DNA of 64,000 nucleotides from Candidatus Poribacteria bacterium (GCA_965208675.1 OZ242351.1:3656387-3720386); one strand, 5' to 3'. Counted from the first letter of the stretch, positions 27,010 through 37,263 are shown. The notes: generated by a model not told the origin, from the letters alone. A program made the numbers and translations.

Positions 27010-27822
27010 CTAAAACGTAAAGTTTAGCCCATTGACGATTTCCAAATCATGCTTCTTGACATTAGCGGGCGGTTCATTGTCGTAGCGGAAACCCAACCAT
27101 GTCGTAAATCCAAGTTTCTTGGTCAATCGAAATCCGATGCTTCCCTCAAATAGAATCCGGTAATCGGAGAAGCTTGCCGGCTGGAACTGATAGTAGCCCG
27201 TTGCAGCGGAGGTTAGCCGTTCATCAATCCGCCAGGTCCATGTAACGTAATTGGTCGAACGGATAATGTTTGATTCGATTTTTGCTTCGCTTGTGTCATC
27301 ATTGATGACCTCGTCTTCCCACATTAGACCGATGCCGATATACGGGTTAAACGCCCTATAGCTTTCCGATTTGGTTACTTCCCTCAACGGCGAAATTCGC
27401 AATCCGCCGCCAACTAAATTACGGTCCTGCAACCGGATGAAATCGTTGAATTGCTTTTGAGCGAAGGTCTCAACCGCTGCATCTTGACTGACAGTTCGAA
27501 TACCGCGCAAGTGAATCAGACCCTTATCAATAAACGATTTGTTGTCCTTGCTTCCTTGATGGAGGTTTGCCAAAATGAATAGATGGTAATTTTCAGCTAG
27601 ATAATCCGAACGGAATCGGGTTTTCAGTGTCAGCAAATCCGTATTGCCAGCATGAGCCGTGAGATTAAAGGCGATTTTGTTATACCAGCCGTGCCCCAAT
27701 TCCATCTGCTGTAAGGTTTCGGCGTCGAAGATATTGACTTGGGCTGATGTGGACCTGCAAAGCGACAATGAACATGCAAAGTATAGCGCACATTCAATTA
27801 AAATGACTGCATGTAACCTCAT
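27010..27822 (-). CDS. Putative outer-membrane beta-barrel protein (DUF481-like)
   Basis: 270 aa. N-terminal signal peptide ...CSLSLCRSTSAQV. Alternating amphipathic beta-strand pattern. C-terminal aromatic residue (...NGLNFTF) typical of OMP barrels. Confidence 0.5.
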   Translation of the reverse strand: MRLHAVILIECALYFACSLSLCRSTSAQVNIFDAETLQQMELGHGWYNKIAFNLTAHAGNTDLLTLKTRFRSDYLAENYHLFILANLHQGSKDNKSFIDKGLIHLRGIRTVSQDAAVETFAQKQFNDFIRLQDRNLVGGGLRISPLREVTKSESYRAFNPYIGIGLMWEDEVINDDTSEAKIESNIIRSTNYVTWTWRIDERLTSAATGYYQFQPASFSDYRILFEGSIGFRLTKKLGFTTWLGFRYDNEPPANVKKHDLEIVNGLNFTF

Positions 27823-27893
27823 GCTTTCCTATTCCTCAATGCGTCCTTGTAACTAGATAGATGTCGAAAACGCAATATATACGGATTGTGTCA

Positions 27894-28721
27894 TTAGACA
27901 GGAAGTTTCGATTCCGTATCAGCCGAGGATTTTCGATCTTCTGCTTGATCGGTTTGTTGCGCCCCAAAAATTAACTCGTCAAACTCGTTGGTCGCCGTCG
28001 ATTCTCTGGCCGCTGCAAGATATGTTTCCTCCTCGGTGCGAGAGTCGGTGCCGGCTAATTCTTGAGCAACGTGCGCTCTGCTTTTCGCCTTTTGCCGAAC
28101 ATCCCGCATCCGTGCAAGTTCCGCTGATGTGCCGTCGGTACTGATGCCGGATAGCATATCGGCAATTTGTTCTTGCTCTCTCGCCGTAATTAAATCGGCG
28201 ACAGCTTCCGCCTGTTCCTGCTTGATTTTATCCAAATCTCGATGTAATGCACTGATTTGCGTCATATGCCCGCTAATGTCCTCTTGAGCGCTTTCGATGT
28301 CGGCCTCTAGCTCTTGGATTCGCGCATTTTTTTCTTCCAGCGTTGAATTAAAATCGTTGTAAGCATCAACACAACGCGTGTAGTCAGGATTTTGTTTGAT
28401 TGAGTCCTGTGCCTGCCCCTGCTTCTGTAGATCCTCGGCTATACGCTTTGCCTTCGCTAAAGCCCCGGTTTTGAGTCGTTCGAGTCTATCTACATCGTCG
28501 GTAAGGTTTTGAACAGTTCCCTCTTTACGCTTAACTAGCGACATCAGTTGACCAATTGCCGACTTGTAACGCTGGACATTCGCTTTTTTATCCGCGATAA
28601 TTTTTTCATACGCCCCTCTGATAGCTTCAGGGTTTTCCATCACCCTATCGGAAAGCTCGTGGGCTCTGCCTGTAAGCGCATACCACATAGATTTGAAAAG
28701 TCTTCCGATTCCACTCGCCAT
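27894..28721 (-). CDS. pspA: PspA/IM30 (Vipp1) family protein
   Basis: 275 aa, all predicted coiled-coil. N-terminus LFKSMWYALTGRAHELSDRVMENPEAIRGAYEKIIAD parallels PspA/Vipp1 FSR...VNANINALLEKAEDPQKL. Heptad-rich and acidic C-terminus. Confidence 0.6.
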   Translation of the reverse strand: MASGIGRLFKSMWYALTGRAHELSDRVMENPEAIRGAYEKIIADKKANVQRYKSAIGQLMSLVKRKEGTVQNLTDDVDRLERLKTGALAKAKRIAEDLQKQGQAQDSIKQNPDYTRCVDAYNDFNSTLEEKNARIQELEADIESAQEDISGHMTQISALHRDLDKIKQEQAEAVADLITAREQEQIADMLSGISTDGTSAELARMRDVRQKAKSRAHVAQELAGTDSRTEEETYLAAARESTATNEFDELIFGAQQTDQAEDRKSSADTESKLPV

Positions 28722-29513
28722 TTTGCATTCTCCTTCTATCCATGATTAAAGGTTTAACTTTTAATAGCAATTCAAGTTACCAGCCAAGACGCGAAACTTC
28801 AATTGGTTCGTTTATGGTCACCCCGATACTCCATAGGATACCTGTTATTGCAAGACATTGTACAATATTTGGTTAAGTTTTACAATTGGAATTCCATGTT
28901 GACCAGGACCATCTCACAGAAAAAAAGGGTTGCAATCGAGTGTCTGGCGGTCTCTCCCTTTGGGATGTAGGGACTGAAAGTACGGGTCAATATTCTTTGA
29001 TTGCGGTGCCAACATAGATAGGTAATGTGATATAATTCGCGTCATACTGGCCCATGGGAGTCGAAGATGATTATTGAAAAGCGTTTATCGGCAGCGGATG
29101 CGCGGAATCATGGCGACGCGATTCCGGTGTGTGCGGGGCCTTACCACACGAATGGATGAAAAGCGCGTGGGACGTTCGGGTAGAAACACTGAAACTAGGG
29201 GATTCGCTTGCGGGCCGGTAAACAGGTTTTGATATCAAGCGAATCAAAACTGAGAAGGTCATCGTTTGGGTGGGAATTGGATGTCTAGCAACTGCGGGCG
29301 GCGCTTGGATCCCCTTCTAAACCAAGAGTAACCGTCACCAGATATATTATTTAGATGGAGTAGCGGCCAATTAGACGACGTGATTTCCTCAAACTCATTC
29401 CAATAGGCATTTCCGGTTACTGGTTATCCGGATGTTCAGAGTCGGAAAATCTGCTGAGCGATGCCATTGACGACGATAAAATTACCCTTGGCCCTCTTCG
29501 TGCTGAAACTCTT

Positions 29514-30545
29514 GTGTCCGGCCTGGATACACCGTGGGACATCGCCTGGGGACCGGACGACTTCATCTGGATGACCGAACGTAGGGGAAGAATTTATCGT
29601 GTTGATCCCGCCAACGGTCAGGTTGCACAAGTTGCCCAAGTCAGTGTGGTTGAGGTCGGCGAAAGCGGATTAATGGGTATCGCATTCCACCCCGACTTTG
29701 ATACGCAACCCTTCGTCTACTTCGCCCATTCCTTTGGCGCACGGAATGCGATTCGGAATCGGCTAGTAAGGATGCGTTTCGATGGCATTTCGCTTGGCAA
29801 CCCAGAAACTCTGATGGACAATATCCCCGGCGCCGCCTTTCACAACGGTTCACGCCTTGCCGTGGGACGAGATCGTTTGCTCTACATGACAACAGGTGAT
29901 GCCGGAAATCCGGCTTTATCTCAAAACCTCAACTCTGTTGCTGGGAAGGTGCTTCGCCTTACGTTGGACGGTCAACCGGCGCCGGGCAACCCGTTTGGCA
30001 CAACCATATATTCTTACGGGCACCGTAATGCTCAAGGATTGGTCTTTCACCCTGAGACAGACGACCTTTATCTGACGGAACACGGTCCATTTGACAATGA
30101 CGAGGTTAACCGCGTGGAGATTGGTCGAAACTATGGGTGGCCAGATGTTAGCGGATTTTGCGACGATGATGTTCGCGGGGAAGGCGACTTCTGCGATAGA
30201 AACAACGTCGCCGAGCCCGTCGCGGCTTGGACGCCCACAATCGCTCCTGGAGGGGCGGATTTCTACAATGCCGATCTCATATCCGGTTGGAAAGGTAGTC
30301 TTCTCTTCACCACGCTCAAGGGTTCGGCGCTAATCAGGCTAACGCTTTCCACAGACGGAGATAGGGTGGTTGGCGAGGAATTCCTTTTTCAGCACGAGTT
30401 TGGACGGCTGCGTGATGTACTGGCAGCACCCAACGGTCCGATATACCTTGCAACGAGCAACCGCGACGGCCGGGGCAGACCTGCTGCAGATGATGACCGA
30501 ATCCTGCGAATTGAACCGGAGTTGATTGTAAACGAAAATGAGTAG
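29514..30545 (+). CDS. PQQ-dependent soluble sugar (glucose/sorbosone) dehydrogenase, YliI-like six-bladed propeller
   Basis: 343 aa from GTG 29514. Motifs LDTPWDIAWGPDDFIWMTERRGRIYRV and HNGSRLAVGRDRLLYMTTGD. A Tat/lipoprotein signal (RRRDFLKLIPIGISGYWLSGC) lies in frame just upstream (29364-29435) but is not reachable from a canonical start (see findings). Confidence 0.75.
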   Translation: MSGLDTPWDIAWGPDDFIWMTERRGRIYRVDPANGQVAQVAQVSVVEVGESGLMGIAFHPDFDTQPFVYFAHSFGARNAIRNRLVRMRFDGISLGNPETLMDNIPGAAFHNGSRLAVGRDRLLYMTTGDAGNPALSQNLNSVAGKVLRLTLDGQPAPGNPFGTTIYSYGHRNAQGLVFHPETDDLYLTEHGPFDNDEVNRVEIGRNYGWPDVSGFCDDDVRGEGDFCDRNNVAEPVAAWTPTIAPGGADFYNADLISGWKGSLLFTTLKGSALIRLTLSTDGDRVVGEEFLFQHEFGRLRDVLAAPNGPIYLATSNRDGRGRPAADDDRILRIEPELIVNENE

Positions 30546-30772
30546 CGATAAGCGTTTGCCAATTCGCCCGGTCTGGATTTGGTAGTCTAGACGCGCTGCG
30601 TCGAATTAAATCGTTCGGATGTATCGAAATCTAGCAGCATCATCCCGAAATTAACAGCCGGATTGCGGGATGACGCTCCTAGTGCGCACTGAACGATTTT
30701 CAATCGGCAGATTGGCAACTCCGATCAGCTACAGTTCGATTGGCATTTGCAGTTTCATCAGAAATCGGAAGA

Positions 30773-33445
30773 TTATTTGAGGATAACCATACGTCTTGCA
30801 GAGGAGGAGTCTGTTGTGTCGAGCTTATAGAAGTATGGATTACTACTGACTCGCTCGCCGCGGTCATTCCGTCCATCCCAATAGGCAGCTTTCTCCCGAG
30901 TCAGATAAGAACCAGCGGCTTGATTCCCCAGTTGAAGTGTACGTATACTGCGTCCGGATGCGTCATAAATGGTAATGGACACATCGGACGCCTCCGCTAG
31001 CTTATACGGAATCCATGTTTCAGGGTTGAACGGATTTGGGTAATTCTGAAGCACTTGAGTGGTCATCGGCACCAAGTTGGCAAGCGTCGAATGCAATGTT
31101 GAGTAAGCCCGCCGCATATCCTCCAGCGTAATCAGTTTATCTATCTTTCCAAATGGTTCGCCTGAAGTGACGTCAGTCACAATCAAACGCAGTGTATCTC
31201 CAACGTGGACTAATGGGTTCCGGTTCATATCGGCGAAACCTAACGTCAATCGGGCCCCTGATTCCACGTTCGCGGTTGTAAGCAGGTTGTTCGTTCTGAG
31301 GTTTTTCACGGAAACATGGTAAGGTCCAGGGTAACCTTCTCCCTCTATCACGCCGTCAACAACAAACGCCCATAGATTTTGCGGTATTGGCGTTGCCGAT
31401 GGGGCTGCGATGCCTTCCGCATCCGGTGAATCGCTCCAGCCTGCTCCCGTGAACTTGACATCGCCGCCATTAGGCGTATTGACGATATAACCGCGTCCGC
31501 CCTCAATCTGAAATCCGTCGCCCGGAGTATCACGAGTCCATGAGACGAATCTGCCTTCGTCAGAGATACTGATTACCATTGTCGCGTTGATAAATTCCAT
31601 GAAACTTTGAGCGGTAAACGGTTCCAATGGACGCAAAGGCGGTGAAATAATGTTCAAGCCGTTGTTTAGGGGCACCGTAAACGAGAGTTTGCCGGTAGCT
31701 TCCTCCGGCAAAACGACATCTTCAACAGACCCATCCAGCGTACTGACCATGGTCGCTAGATTGTTTGTAGCTCGGTGAAAAAACGGCGGCCAAAAACGTC
31801 TAACGGCTTGAACCTTTTCAATCTCTTGCGTCACGGGTGCCGATTCACCCATTGTCAGGAGAATAAATGCGACCCGAAAATCTTTCTGAGAAGAATCTGC
31901 ATGTGGGATTCGCACACCGTTTGCTGCGACAATACCTTCAATGGTAACTTCCTCTTTCTCGCCGCGGAATGAAACGTCTGCCATGGGGTTCAAAAATCGC
32001 AAATTACCCCATAAAGACGGATCGTCGAACGGAGGTGGAATATCTATATCATGGGCGTTAACGACTAGGAACGTCGGATGAACCTCCTCCGGCCTTAACA
32101 AGCCCATCAAATATAAATCGAGTGGACCGAATATATCCTTCGGGTCTAAAGTAGTGAAAGTCCCATCGCCATTATCGCGAATATCGTTGCCGCCCATGAC
32201 CGAACCACCGGTATGCAGGAAGAAATTCCAATGCGTGCCGCCGCGTCCTAACAACTGGGTTGGATTTAAATCAACTGCCCATCCGTGCCCGAACTCGTGC
32301 AACACGACACTCAAGGTTGAAGTTGCGGAACCGCTCACGTTCTCCAATGGATTGTCAGACCATACCTTTAAATTCTTCATCACGAGAAAAGTTCTCAACC
32401 TGCCCTGACTCCCGTAATCATCGGTATGATCGAAAATCGGAAAAATGCCCTTGCCGGAATAAACGCTGCCAATTCCCAACACATCATTTTTGACGGGGAC
32501 GGCAAAGGCGAGGACGCGAAAGATGTCTAAATCCGATTCAAAATTGGTGAAGAGAACCAAGCTATCAAAATCGTCGCCGTGGCTCTTATAAAACTCTCGT
32601 GCAACATTTTGGATGTTGACTGTCGCTTTGTCCACGAAAACTTCGGCGATGGCGCCTGCCGATCCTTGAAACGGCAAATCGTCGGAATAGTCGACCAAAG
32701 CTGTCTGTGAGGCGTCGTTAAGCCCCCCGGGGGACAATCCCACAATTCCTGTTCGGACTCTAGACGATTCGAATCGGATGTCGATGACGCCCGTATCGAA
32801 CAGAACTACCTGCATTGTAACTTGTGAGTCAATAGCTTCAAACGTCGGAACATTGAACCAAGTGATTGTAATTTGGCCCGGAGAATCTTTAACTTCGACC
32901 GCGGTCGCTTCCTCACTAAAGGGCACTGACGATCCAGGGTTCAAATCTGCATACAGCGCACCAATGCGAGGCGGCCCCCCCAAGAAATTTTGCAAATCCC
33001 TAGCACGTGGATTGGTGTCGCCTGTACCGAATGTGAAGTTTCCATCGGAGTTAACGAAGACATCGGTATACCCCTGTCCGAAAAATGTGAACGGGAATCC
33101 GATGGCAATCTTTCTGCTGTCGTCATCGGTCAAATCCAACACCTGGCCGAAAACGGCTTCAAATTCAACCTCATCGGGTCTGGACACATCGTATCCTTCC
33201 ACAGCATTGGGGGTAAATCGTAAGCTGCTATTCGCTAAATCGAAAAAGTTTGTGGGTTGGACGAGGTGTTCGTTGCCCTGAATGACTACCACGTGCCCTA
33301 CATCAGTGGATGTTGAAGGGAAGCTAACTTCTCGCGCAGCGTTTATTTTCAGTTGTTGATACGGCGAATCGCCCGGTCTTGCTTGGGCATCTACACAGAA
33401 GAGAATTAAAAGTATTGTGCTCAACGGCACTATTCTTAACTTCAT
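30773..33445 (-). CDS. Secreted zinc metalloprotease (HExxH) with T9SS-type C-terminal sorting domain
   Basis: 890 aa. Signal peptide MKLRIVPLSTILLILFCVDAQA. Zinc site VVLHEFGHGW. C-terminal about 80 aa reads NYPNPFNPETWIPYKL...SITIYDASGRSIRTLQ...YFYKL, i.e. the type-A por-secretion CTD pattern. Confidence 0.7.
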   Translation of the reverse strand: MKLRIVPLSTILLILFCVDAQARPGDSPYQQLKINAAREVSFPSTSTDVGHVVVIQGNEHLVQPTNFFDLANSSLRFTPNAVEGYDVSRPDEVEFEAVFGQVLDLTDDDSRKIAIGFPFTFFGQGYTDVFVNSDGNFTFGTGDTNPRARDLQNFLGGPPRIGALYADLNPGSSVPFSEEATAVEVKDSPGQITITWFNVPTFEAIDSQVTMQVVLFDTGVIDIRFESSRVRTGIVGLSPGGLNDASQTALVDYSDDLPFQGSAGAIAEVFVDKATVNIQNVAREFYKSHGDDFDSLVLFTNFESDLDIFRVLAFAVPVKNDVLGIGSVYSGKGIFPIFDHTDDYGSQGRLRTFLVMKNLKVWSDNPLENVSGSATSTLSVVLHEFGHGWAVDLNPTQLLGRGGTHWNFFLHTGGSVMGGNDIRDNGDGTFTTLDPKDIFGPLDLYLMGLLRPEEVHPTFLVVNAHDIDIPPPFDDPSLWGNLRFLNPMADVSFRGEKEEVTIEGIVAANGVRIPHADSSQKDFRVAFILLTMGESAPVTQEIEKVQAVRRFWPPFFHRATNNLATMVSTLDGSVEDVVLPEEATGKLSFTVPLNNGLNIISPPLRPLEPFTAQSFMEFINATMVISISDEGRFVSWTRDTPGDGFQIEGGRGYIVNTPNGGDVKFTGAGWSDSPDAEGIAAPSATPIPQNLWAFVVDGVIEGEGYPGPYHVSVKNLRTNNLLTTANVESGARLTLGFADMNRNPLVHVGDTLRLIVTDVTSGEPFGKIDKLITLEDMRRAYSTLHSTLANLVPMTTQVLQNYPNPFNPETWIPYKLAEASDVSITIYDASGRSIRTLQLGNQAAGSYLTREKAAYWDGRNDRGERVSSNPYFYKLDTTDSSSARRMVILK

Positions 33446-33790
33446 GAAAGTATTCTTCCTTATTTTTTTGCGGTTAATACGAGATTTGTTTCACAGCAAT
33501 TAGTCTTAGAACCTGTTTGAAAAGTCTAAATTCGTTTTCAAGAAAAACCATTATGTGCCAAACGCCTTGAAAATCCCATGATTTTGACCTTCATATAACC
33601 AACAAATGGGTTTGCCACCTACTTTTCAAACTGGCTCTTAGAATCCATTGCCAAATTCAGCAGAATCTTCACGTATTTAGAATATCGATAAACCTTCCGT
33701 AAACCGAAATTTTCAATTCAACACTCTACCGCAATACGCACATGGCGCGGTGGCACAAGGCCTTATGCAAGTTGGTAGAGCTCGCAAGCC

Positions 33791-33819
33791 ATTATATTCC
33801 GCGATGCTAACGTTGTCAA
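33791..33819 (-). promoter_or_regulatory. Consensus sigma-70 promoter (TTGACA-N17-TATAAT) about 340 nt upstream of the metalloprotease ATG
   Basis: Minus strand has TTGACA at 33819..33814, a 17-nt spacer and TATAAT at 33796..33791. Confidence 0.55.
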
Positions 33820-34091
33820 GTCGTTTTTCCACGGTGCAATTCAACCTTCACGCATCATTCGGTGGGTAAGAGAAATTCATCTGCAGGAAAAGAGGGTCTT
33901 CACTGATGGACAGCATTGCAACTGTAGATGGCGCCATTTACGTGAACGCTCTACAATCTCTGTTGATGCTGTGCTTGAGCGTTTGGCAAAGTGCGCAGGC
34001 AGGTAGGTAGGTACAACCTCGGTATCTGTAGATTGTGTTAGAGAGTAGAAGGAATCAATGGCGGGTAATCTTGAGCCGATTTAAGCAGAAC

Positions 34092-34949
34092 TCATTTTAG
34101 CACTTGGCACTGAGGACAGTAATATGTAGATCTCTGCTTTTGTATGATACGCTCAATGGCAGATTGGCAGGCTGGGCAGGGCTTACCTTCCTTCCCATAT
34201 ACATAGTGTAAACCTTGGGACTGTCCCGTATCAACAGCGGTTTGATAATTGGCTACGGTAGCCCCCTGTTGTTCAAAGGCACGTTTTAAAATTGTACTGA
34301 TTGACTGTCCTAAGCATTTCTTCTCTGAGCTAGAGAGCTTATTCGCATGTGTGTTTGGGTCTAGTTTCGCTAAAAACAGAATTTCTGATTTATATACATT
34401 ACCTATTTCTGCAACCAGCCGTGAAGAAATTAGAATTTCTCCTAACGGCTTTGCCTGATTTATGGGCAAACTCAAAAGCTGTTCAAACTGCTCTTGGGGG
34501 AAGTGCTCTTGTAAACCATTGATGCCAAGGGTTTTTACGCTAGGTACTTGTTCCAATAGTTCTTGTTCAGAGCTAAATACTTGAAACCGCCCAAAATTTC
34601 GCATATCATCAAATATAGCTCTCATGCCGCCATCGAAATCCAAAACCACTTTCGCATAGTTTGAGGGCATCTCACTTGACAGGTCTTTTGCCGGTTTCTC
34701 AATGGTCCACGCGCCGGTCATTCCAAGGTGGGTTAGCGCGAGAAAACGCTCGAACCACCAGATTAGGAATTTTCCGCGGCGTTCGAGGCGTTCAAGGGTT
34801 TTTCCTTGAAGTAAACCCAATTTGTCTAGTTGTATTTGGTAGCGTTGGTATTTTAAGGCTAGTGGAGTAAAAGTTACTTTTTGAAGTCGTTTTTTCTCAA
34901 GAGCCAGCAAATCGCGTCGGTTCCGCTCAACCTCAGGGCCTTCAGGCAT
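34092..34949 (-). CDS. Fpg/Nei-family DNA glycosylase/AP lyase
   Basis: 285 aa. N-terminal catalytic MPEGPEVE. H2TH region. C-terminal zinc finger CPACQSAIERIIQKQRSTYYCPQCQ. Confidence 0.8.
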   Translation of the reverse strand: MPEGPEVERNRRDLLALEKKRLQKVTFTPLALKYQRYQIQLDKLGLLQGKTLERLERRGKFLIWWFERFLALTHLGMTGAWTIEKPAKDLSSEMPSNYAKVVLDFDGGMRAIFDDMRNFGRFQVFSSEQELLEQVPSVKTLGINGLQEHFPQEQFEQLLSLPINQAKPLGEILISSRLVAEIGNVYKSEILFLAKLDPNTHANKLSSSEKKCLGQSISTILKRAFEQQGATVANYQTAVDTGQSQGLHYVYGKEGKPCPACQSAIERIIQKQRSTYYCPQCQVLK

Positions 34950-35422
34950 GATTTTTATTAATTATCGGCTTTAATTGGCACTGGCACAGAAACATCTGAC
35001 GGCTAGCACCGCCTCGTAGCTGCGTTTTTCATGCACGTTCGTGGTAACTGGCCAAATAGGAATTGATGTTGTCCACAGCGGCAGGTTTAATGCCGATACT
35101 GTCTGTAGCGTTTCTGTTCAAGGCGGGTTATATGCTGCACCGTTCGCGGAGATTACATTCTGTAAATGAACGTCCTGTTGGCAGCAAGACAGTGAGCGGA
35201 GTAACTGCAAAGAAAACCTGATGTTCGAGAAGAATTTTAGTTTCGCGGCAGAATCTCCACCTTAACAGAAGCCAATTAAGACGCTCTGACTTTACAGGTT
35301 ATTCCCGAAGCTGAAGCGCGATTCGACCCAATCCAAAAATTTAGGCGTTCGTAAGACCGCAGTAAACCAGACTAAGTCAACCCATTAAAGGCTGTTCAAT
35401 CGATACTCAGCCGAAACTGACG

Positions 35423-35767
<345 letters not shown>

Positions 35768-35844
35768 TTACTCCTTCGTCCAAAGCGATTTAGGTAAGTT
35801 TAGCAAGCCCCGATTCGTTTTCCAATCGGGGCTTGGGATTCTGA

Positions 35845-37263
35845 TTAAATATCGTGGTAAAGATGGAATTCGTATGGATGTGGACGTAAATTAATCGCAT
35901 CGACTTCGTTTTCATGCTTATACGCGATCCACGAATCAATCACGTCCTGAGTAAACACATCACCCTTGAGGAGATACTCGTGATCGTCTTCTAAGGCGTC
36001 AAGTGCTTCCGCCAACGAACTTGGGGTTGAATCAATTGCAGCCATATCCTCCGGTTCAAGATCGTACAAATCTTTATCAACAGGATTTCCCGGATGAATC
36101 TTATTCTGGATACCATCAAGACCAGCCATCAGCAAGGCACTGAAAGCGAGATAAGGGTTGCAAGATGGATCAGGTGTACGGAATTCAACGCGTTTTGCCT
36201 TTGGGCTCTTGTGATAAATCGGAATTCGGACACATGCGCTTCGATTCCGCTGAGAATAGGCGATATTGACGGGTGCTTCAAATCCAGGCACCAGCCTTTT
36301 GTAAGAGTTTGTCGTTGGTGCAATCAGCGCACAGAGTGATTGTGCGTGTTTGAGCAGCCCACCGATATAATATAACGCCGTTTCACTCAAAAGCGCATAA
36401 CCTTGCGCGTCAAAGAAAATGTTTTGATTGTCCCTCCATAAACTCTGGTGAATATGCATGCCTGAACCATTGTCTTCAAAGAGCGGCTTCGGCATAAAGG
36501 TTGCCGTTAGATTGTGTTCGCGAGCAGTGTTCTTGATGATGTATTTATACAGTGCCAGCTTATCACCCATCCGTGCCAAGGTATCGTACCGCATGTCGAT
36601 TTCACCCTGTCCACCTGTACCTACTTCGTGGTGATGAACTTCCACGTCAATTCCGCATTCAATCATCTTGAGGATAATTTCAGAACGAACATCCTGCAGC
36701 GAATCCGATGGAGGTACCGGGAAATACCCTTCTTTATAACGGGGCTTGTAACCAAGATTAGGCCCTTCATCGCGCCCTGAATTCCAGCTTCCCTCAACTG
36801 AATCGACAAAGTAATATCCTGAGTGATGATCTTGACCATAACGGATGTCATTTAAGAGATAAAACTCCGCTTCGGGCCCCCAGAAACTAGTGTCGGCGAT
36901 ACCTGTAGATTGTAAATAAGCCTCCGCCTTCTGCGCCACATGCCGTACATCGCGTGAATAGCTTTCCAGCGTCACCGGATCTTTAATGTTACAGACAAGA
37001 CTTAACGTATCAATTTTACAAGCTGGGTCAATTATTGCAGTATCGGGATCTGGAAAGAGCAGCATGTCGCTTTCGTGAATCTGTTGAAAACCGCGAATGC
37101 TTGAACCGTCAAAGCCGACGCCCTCTTCAAACAAATCTTCGGTTAATTCTGAGATTGGCATCGAAAAGTGCTGCCACATACCCGGCAAATCCATGAATTT
37201 GAAATCAACAATCTTAAGGTCATTTTCTCTTGCAAAAGCAATCACTTCACTCGTTGTCATCAA
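35845..37263 (-). CDS. glnA: Glutamine synthetase type I
   Basis: 472 aa. MMTTSEVIAFARENDLKIVDFKFMDLPGMWQHF. Mn/ATP motifs ...GSGMHIHQSLW and NSYKRLVPGFEAPV. Confidence 0.9.
   Translation of the reverse strand: MMTTSEVIAFARENDLKIVDFKFMDLPGMWQHFSMPISELTEDLFEEGVGFDGSSIRGFQQIHESDMLLFPDPDTAIIDPACKIDTLSLVCNIKDPVTLESYSRDVRHVAQKAEAYLQSTGIADTSFWGPEAEFYLLNDIRYGQDHHSGYYFVDSVEGSWNSGRDEGPNLGYKPRYKEGYFPVPPSDSLQDVRSEIILKMIECGIDVEVHHHEVGTGGQGEIDMRYDTLARMGDKLALYKYIIKNTAREHNLTATFMPKPLFEDNGSGMHIHQSLWRDNQNIFFDAQGYALLSETALYYIGGLLKHAQSLCALIAPTTNSYKRLVPGFEAPVNIAYSQRNRSACVRIPIYHKSPKAKRVEFRTPDPSCNPYLAFSALLMAGLDGIQNKIHPGNPVDKDLYDLEPEDMAAIDSTPSSLAEALDALEDDHEYLLKGDVFTQDVIDSWIAYKHENEVDAINLRPHPYEFHLYHDI

Noticed and set aside
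28722-28900. Expected sigma-54 (TGGCAC-N5-TTGCA) promoter upstream of pspA, and likewise upstream of glnA at 37264-37400
   Set aside because: No GG-N10-GC element with the right flanks was found on the appropriate strand in either upstream region. This is consistent with the pspA partner being a classical AAA ATPase rather than PspF.
33740-33790. tRNA-like D-arm sequence (AGTTGGTAGAGCTCGCAAGCC) in the protease upstream region
   Set aside because: No acceptor stem, no anticodon arm, no T-loop (GTTCRANYC) could be folded. It is not a tRNA and at most a fragment or coincidence. It is noted under the leader finding.
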